A stretch of DNA of 64,000 bases, from sequence record DRR723986_33163. One strand, given 5' to 3'. The translations under genes were made by a program, and so were the position numbers. The notes beneath the pieces were generated by a model that was not told where the DNA came from, did not search any database, and worked only from the letters and a program-made list of their open reading frames with translations. This document shows positions 59,030 to 64,000 of this stretch, in pieces; the stretch's first letter is position 1, and every line of letters begins with the position of its first letter.

Positions 59030-62000
59030 GTGCGAAATCTTAAATTACTACTATTATTAGTTGTTTTATTTGCATTTTTTAATTGCAAAGAAGACGTAAC
59101 TAAAACAAGAGATACTTCAAAATCAACCTTAACAAGCAAAGAAGTTTCAAGGGATTCTGAGTTGTTCGAATATTTAGATGCGTCTACAACAAATATTGAT
59201 TTTCAGAATCAAATAACTGAAACTGAAACATTCAATTTTTTGCTTTACGAATATTTATATAACGGAGGAGGAGTTGCTATTGGCGATATAAATAACGATG
59301 GTTTAGATGATATTTATTTTTCTGGTAATACGGTTGCTAATAAACTTTACTTAAACGAAGGCAATTTTAAGTTTAAGGATATAACCAAATCAGCAAAGGT
59401 AAATGGTGGTGCTGGGTTTAAAACTGGTGTTACCATGGCAGATGTAAATAATGATGGTTTGCTAGATATTTATGTGTGTAAATCTGCAATTAGTAATGAT
59501 GACTTGAGACGTAATTTACTTTATATAAATCAGGGAGATTTAACGTTTAAAGAAAGCGCAAAATCTTATGGGCTTGACGACGCTGGTTATTCTGTACAAG
59601 CTTATTTTTTCGATTCTGATGGTGATAATGATTTAGATGTATATGTTCTTAATCACTCTAGTAATATGCGAGAGTCTAATACCATTAAGGTTACTCAGAA
59701 TGCCAATGGAGAAATCGTGAGAGCAGAGCCACAGACCTACGAAGGTGTTACAGATAGATTTTACCAAAACAATAACACAAAATTTATCGATATTTCTGCC
59801 AATGCTGGTGTTCTTAATGATGCTTTTGGATTAAGTGCCGTTATAGGTGATTTTAATAATGACTTTAGGCCAGATATATATGTTTGTAATGACTATATGA
59901 TGCCAGATAGGCTTTTAATTAATAAAGGAAATAATGTATTTAAAGATGAAGTTGATGACTATTTTAGTCAAACATCTTTTTCTTCGATGGGATCTGATTT
60001 TGCAGATATAAATAATGATGGTCATTTAGATTTATTCACACTAGACATGTCTCCAAAAGAAAATCATAGACGTAAGATGATGATGATGGCACAGAACTAT
60101 GATAAATTCGAAAAAATGACATCTTATGGATTTGGCACTCAATATTCTGCAAATGCGTTACAAATAAATTCAGGCACACAGCATTTTTCTAATATCGCGT
60201 TTTTAGATAACCTTGCTCAAACAGAATGGAGTTGGAGTGCATTATTTGCAGATTTTGACAATGATGGATTAAAAGATCTTCATATCACAAATGGTTACAA
60301 TAGAGATGTTACTAATAATGACTATTCAAGATATAAAATGGATGGTCTTCAGAAACAACTAAATGCAAAAGAAATTACATTAAAGCAATGGATAGAGAAT
60401 ATCCCTAGTGTTCCAGTACCTGCATTTTTATTTAAGAATAAAGGAAATAATAGTTTTAAGGATATCTCTAGAGAATGGAATAGCGGCAGACCTACTTTTT
60501 CTAATGGTTCTGCCTATGCAGATTTAAATAATGATGGTTATTTAGATGTTGTTGTAAATAATTTAAATGATTTTCCTTTCATTATGAAGAATAAAGGAAA
60601 GGAAACTTTTAAGAATAATTTCGTTTCAATAAAATTTGAACATGAAACAGGTAAAATAGCGCAAGGTACAATCGCAAAATTAACATTGTCTGATGGAACT
60701 GAAATCACTGAAACTTATAACCCAACACGAGGGTTTTTATCATCATCACAGCATAAATTACATTTTGGATTTAAAGAAGGTTTGTCAGCAGAGAAATTAG
60801 ATATTATTTGGCCAGATAAGCAGTTTCAAACTATTAAGAATCCTGAAATAAATACATCGATTACGCTTAAAAGAGAATCAAATTCTAGATATACAAATTC
60901 TAATAGTCCTTCAAAATACTTTGAAGACGCATCTTTAAAATTAAAAGGAGCATTTACACATAAAGAAAATGATTTTATAGATTTTAAACGCGAAGTTTTA
61001 TTGCACCATAAATATAGTGAGGAAGGACCTGCAGTTGCTATTGCAGATGTCAATGGCGATGGATTAGAAGATATCTATTTAGGCGGTGCATTAGGTTTTA
61101 CAGGTAAACTATTTACTCAAAATACAACAGGTACATTTAATCTAAGGACAACACCAGGATTTACTGTAGATAAAATGTATGAAGATACAGATGCAGTATT
61201 TTTTGATGCCAATCTAGATGGCTACAAGGATTTGTATGTTGTAAGTGGAGGAAGTGAACATAAAGTAGGTAGTCAAAATTATAAAGACCGCTTATATATA
61301 AATGATGGTAATGGTAATTTTCAAAAAATATCTAATGCCTTACCAGATGTTTTAACCAGTGGATCGGTGGTTAAAGTGCATGATATAGATGGAGATGGGC
61401 AATTAGATTTATTTATTGGTTCCAGAGTAACTCCAGGACGATATCCTGAAACACCAAGAAGTTATATTCTGAAAAACACCAATGGAATTTTTAAAGATAT
61501 TACCTCACAATGGTCTAAAGGTCTTTTCGATATTGGTATGATTACCGATGCTGAATTTAAGGATTTAGATAATGACGGAACAAAAGAATTGATTGTTGTT
61601 GGTGAGTGGATGCCTATATCTGTTTTTAAGTTTGAAAATGGAAGTTATTCAAATAAAACCAAGCAATACGGATTGGATAATAAAATAGGATGGTGGAATT
61701 CGGTAACTGTTGAAGATGTCAATGGAGATGGTCTAAAAGATATTATTGGAGGAAATTTAGGATTGAATTCTATTTTTAAAGCATCAGATAATGAACCTAC
61801 AACCTTATATTATAAAGATTTTGATAAAAATGGCAGTTTAGATGCTGTATTATGTACTTATATTGATGGTGTTAGTTATCCAATACACAATAGAGATCGT
61901 ATGCTAAATCATATGGTAATGCTTAAAAAACGATTTACTCGTTATGAGCCATATGCTAGTGCTACTATCAATGATATTTTTACAGCAGAAGAACTTAAAA

Positions 62001-62398
62001 ATGTCAAAGTTCTTAAAGCAAATCATTTACAACATTCTTTATTTATAAATAATAATGGCACCAGTTTTACAGCCCAGAATTTGCCAATTGAAACTCAAAT
62101 TTCTGTAATCAATGATGCCTATGTTTCTGATCTTAATAAGGATGGTAAACTGGATATTGTAACCGGAGGGAATTTCTATGGTACAGACGCAGAGTTTAGT
62201 CGTTATGATGCTTCGATTGGTGCAACAATAATAAATAACGGCTCAAAATTTGAGTCTGTTTCGGCATCAGAAAGTGGCTTATCAATACCTGGTAATGTTC
62301 AACACATAAAGCCAATTTCTATAGGTGGGGAATCGTATTTATTAGTGGTTAGAAATAATGATAAATCTAGCTTGTTAAAATTAAAAAGTGGGCTTTAA
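59030..62398 (+). CDS. VCBS/FG-GAP repeat lipoprotein with ASPIC/UnbV domain (CRTAC1-like)
   Basis: Lipobox FFNC, YNGGGVAIGDINNDGLDDIYF and many DxNxDGxxD repeats, central PTRGFLSS...LHFG; GTG start. Confidence 0.88.
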   Translation: MRNLKLLLLLVVLFAFFNCKEDVTKTRDTSKSTLTSKEVSRDSELFEYLDASTTNIDFQNQITETETFNFLLYEYLYNGGGVAIGDINNDGLDDIYFSGNTVANKLYLNEGNFKFKDITKSAKVNGGAGFKTGVTMADVNNDGLLDIYVCKSAISNDDLRRNLLYINQGDLTFKESAKSYGLDDAGYSVQAYFFDSDGDNDLDVYVLNHSSNMRESNTIKVTQNANGEIVRAEPQTYEGVTDRFYQNNNTKFIDISANAGVLNDAFGLSAVIGDFNNDFRPDIYVCNDYMMPDRLLINKGNNVFKDEVDDYFSQTSFSSMGSDFADINNDGHLDLFTLDMSPKENHRRKMMMMAQNYDKFEKMTSYGFGTQYSANALQINSGTQHFSNIAFLDNLAQTEWSWSALFADFDNDGLKDLHITNGYNRDVTNNDYSRYKMDGLQKQLNAKEITLKQWIENIPSVPVPAFLFKNKGNNSFKDISREWNSGRPTFSNGSAYADLNNDGYLDVVVNNLNDFPFIMKNKGKETFKNNFVSIKFEHETGKIAQGTIAKLTLSDGTEITETYNPTRGFLSSSQHKLHFGFKEGLSAEKLDIIWPDKQFQTIKNPEINTSITLKRESNSRYTNSNSPSKYFEDASLKLKGAFTHKENDFIDFKREVLLHHKYSEEGPAVAIADVNGDGLEDIYLGGALGFTGKLFTQNTTGTFNLRTTPGFTVDKMYEDTDAVFFDANLDGYKDLYVVSGGSEHKVGSQNYKDRLYINDGNGNFQKISNALPDVLTSGSVVKVHDIDGDGQLDLFIGSRVTPGRYPETPRSYILKNTNGIFKDITSQWSKGLFDIGMITDAEFKDLDNDGTKELIVVGEWMPISVFKFENGSYSNKTKQYGLDNKIGWWNSVTVEDVNGDGLKDIIGGNLGLNSIFKASDNEPTTLYYKDFDKNGSLDAVLCTYIDGVSYPIHNRDRMLNHMVMLKKRFTRYEPYASATINDIFTAEELKNVKVLKANHLQHSLFINNNGTSFTAQNLPIETQISVINDAYVSDLNKDGKLDIVTGGNFYGTDAEFSRYDASIGATIINNGSKFESVSASESGLSIPGNVQHIKPISIGGESYLLVVRNNDKSSLLKLKSGL

Positions 62399-62409
62399 GA
62401 CCCACTTTT
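62384..62409. terminator. Bidirectional terminator
   Basis: AAAAGTGGG-ctttaaga-CCCACTTTT. Confidence 0.8.
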
Positions 62410-62447
62410 CTTCTAATAAGTAACTAAACTAATATAAAAACAACGAT

Positions 62448-63004
62448 TTATATTCTAAATTTCTCGGTGAATGTCCTATCATTTGCCATAACAACTGCGC
62501 TGTATTCACCTGGTAGATTTTTATCTAATTTGTAAACTCTATTCAATATTTCATCTCCCTTAACTGTATCTGTATATATGAGCTCGCCTTCAAAATATAA
62601 TTCTACTTTCATTTCGTTGGTGTCTAAACCAATTTTAGAGATGATAAGTCTTGCATCATAAGTTCTAAAAACAGGTTTAAAATTTTTTTCTTTAGTATTT
62701 TCTATTAAGCTTGCTTTACCTTTATTCACTCTAATTGAAATTGTTTCAATTTCAAAATCTTTATTGATTTCTACTGTATATTTACCATTTTCTAACTCTG
62801 TGAAATCGTAAAGCCTCGTTAATTTTCCTGTATTTTTTATTCTTCCAGAATATACAACTTCACCATAAGAGTTTATTACAGTAATGAAGTTGCCTTCATT
62901 TATAGAATAATTTTTTTTTAGTTATATAAATCTTCATTTGCATAACATGTTAATGTTCCTAACATCACGATTACTAATAAAATAGAATTTAATAATGTTT
63001 TCAT
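62448..63004 (-). pseudogene. Frameshifted secreted beta-sandwich protein (DUF3244/CTD-like), about 185 aa if repaired
   Basis: Signal peptide MKTLLNSILLVIVMLGTLTCYANEDLYN stops at TAA 62918-62920. A second frame from about 62912 (NYSINEGNFITVINSYGEVVY...YDFTELENGKYTVEI) runs into ORF 62448-62729. One base inserted after the T preceding the A9 run restores a single ORF. Confidence 0.75.
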
Positions 63005-63252
63005 GTTTTATTCTTTTTAGGTTAAACTATGTAGTCAATTTTAAGTTTACTTGTTTGAGTTGAATCTGCTCAACGATACAAAGTTATGTTAGTAGTAAAA
63101 GTTAGAAAACAAGGATTTTGGCATTATTATGTGTTAAATTAACCCTTATTATTAAATAATAATTTAATAAGATTAAAATAGAATACATTATGGGTAATTA
63201 CACATAGATTTAGGCTAAGAATATACTTAACTTTGATTGTAACAAGGTGGTT

Positions 63253-64000
63253 ATGAAAACAAGGAAGCCTACATATGAAAAAATAAGTCCAGAATTTGGT
63301 AGCTCAATTTTGGTGCGAAAGCATAAGATAGATGCGTATAAAGGAGAAGTTAAACCCTTCTGGCATTTTCATCCTGAGATTGAATTGGTATATGTAAATA
63401 AGGGTAAAGGTAAAAGACACATTGGAAACCATTTATCTTATTTTAATAACAGTCAGCTTTTACTCTTAGGTTCAAATCTACCGCATAATGGATTTATAGA
63501 TAGACTAACAATAAATGGATCTGAGACAATTGTTCAATTTAAACCAGAGTTTTTAGGGGGGTATTTTTTTAATATTCCTGAAATGGAACGAATTAATAAA
63601 TTACTGGAACGAGCTAAGGGTGGAATATTGTTCGGAGTAAAAACAAAGCAAAAAATCGGTTCTAAGATTGAAAAACTTCCAGAAAAAGAAGGATTTAAAA
63701 AAATATTGGTTCTACTTGAAATTTTACACGGTCTTGCAAAGTCAGAAGATTATACCGTATTAAATGCCGATGGATTTACTTTTGAGGCAGAACCGCAGGA
63801 TAGTGCTAAAATTGATATCATTTTTAGACATATTAATGAAAATTTCCAAAGGCATTTAAGTTTGGATGAAATTGCAGATAAGGTAAGTATGACGGTACCA
63901 GCTTTTTGCAGATATTTTAAAAAAATTACAGGAAAAACATTTACCAAATTAGTTAACGAATATAGAGTTGTGCACGCTACTAAACTATTGTCTGAAAGTC
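63253..64000 (+). CDS. AraC-family regulator with cupin sensor domain (runs off window end)
   Basis: MKTRKPTYEKI...WHFHPEIELVYV...GSNLPH...LSLDEIADKVSMTVPAFCRYFKK; TAACTTTG promoter at 63228-63235. Confidence 0.9.
   Translation, partial: MKTRKPTYEKISPEFGSSILVRKHKIDAYKGEVKPFWHFHPEIELVYVNKGKGKRHIGNHLSYFNNSQLLLLGSNLPHNGFIDRLTINGSETIVQFKPEFLGGYFFNIPEMERINKLLERAKGGILFGVKTKQKIGSKIEKLPEKEGFKKILVLLEILHGLAKSEDYTVLNADGFTFEAEPQDSAKIDIIFRHINENFQRHLSLDEIADKVSMTVPAFCRYFKKITGKTFTKLVNEYRVVHATKLLSES

Noticed and set aside
62911-62920. Phase variation by slippage of the A9 tract
   Set aside because: The TAA is formed by the preceding T plus the first two As, so changing tract length alone would not remove the stop

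Overview
AT-rich chromosomal window from a Flavobacteriaceae bacterium (Bacteroidota), inferred from gldH, T9SS C-terminal domains and TAnnTTTG promoters. Most of it is core genes: an envC-linked operon, dprA, trpS, recA, trhO, ricT-gldH-PBP1A, scoAB, and a heme cluster (hemA, fused hemC/D, hemE, hemF, hemB, hemH, hemJ) around a divergent AraC gene. Accessory genes include a 1756-aa T9SS metalloprotease and a vanadium haloperoxidase plus ASPIC/UnbV lipoprotein pair. I saw no rRNA, tRNA, CRISPR array or transposase. The top observation is an exact 30-bp inverted repeat flanking recA (12917-12946 and 14062-14091), each copy shaped like an ECF-sigma promoter. One copy faces a lipoprotein / ECF sigma / dual-membrane-spanning anti-sigma operon. 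The other faces an unannotated, structured, terminator-ended ~215-nt candidate sRNA. Other observations are a recurring TTAG-rich motif just before terminators, three small ORFs missed by the ORF track, an operator-like palindrome in the heme cluster, and five damaged genes. All calls come from reading the sequence; no searches were run.
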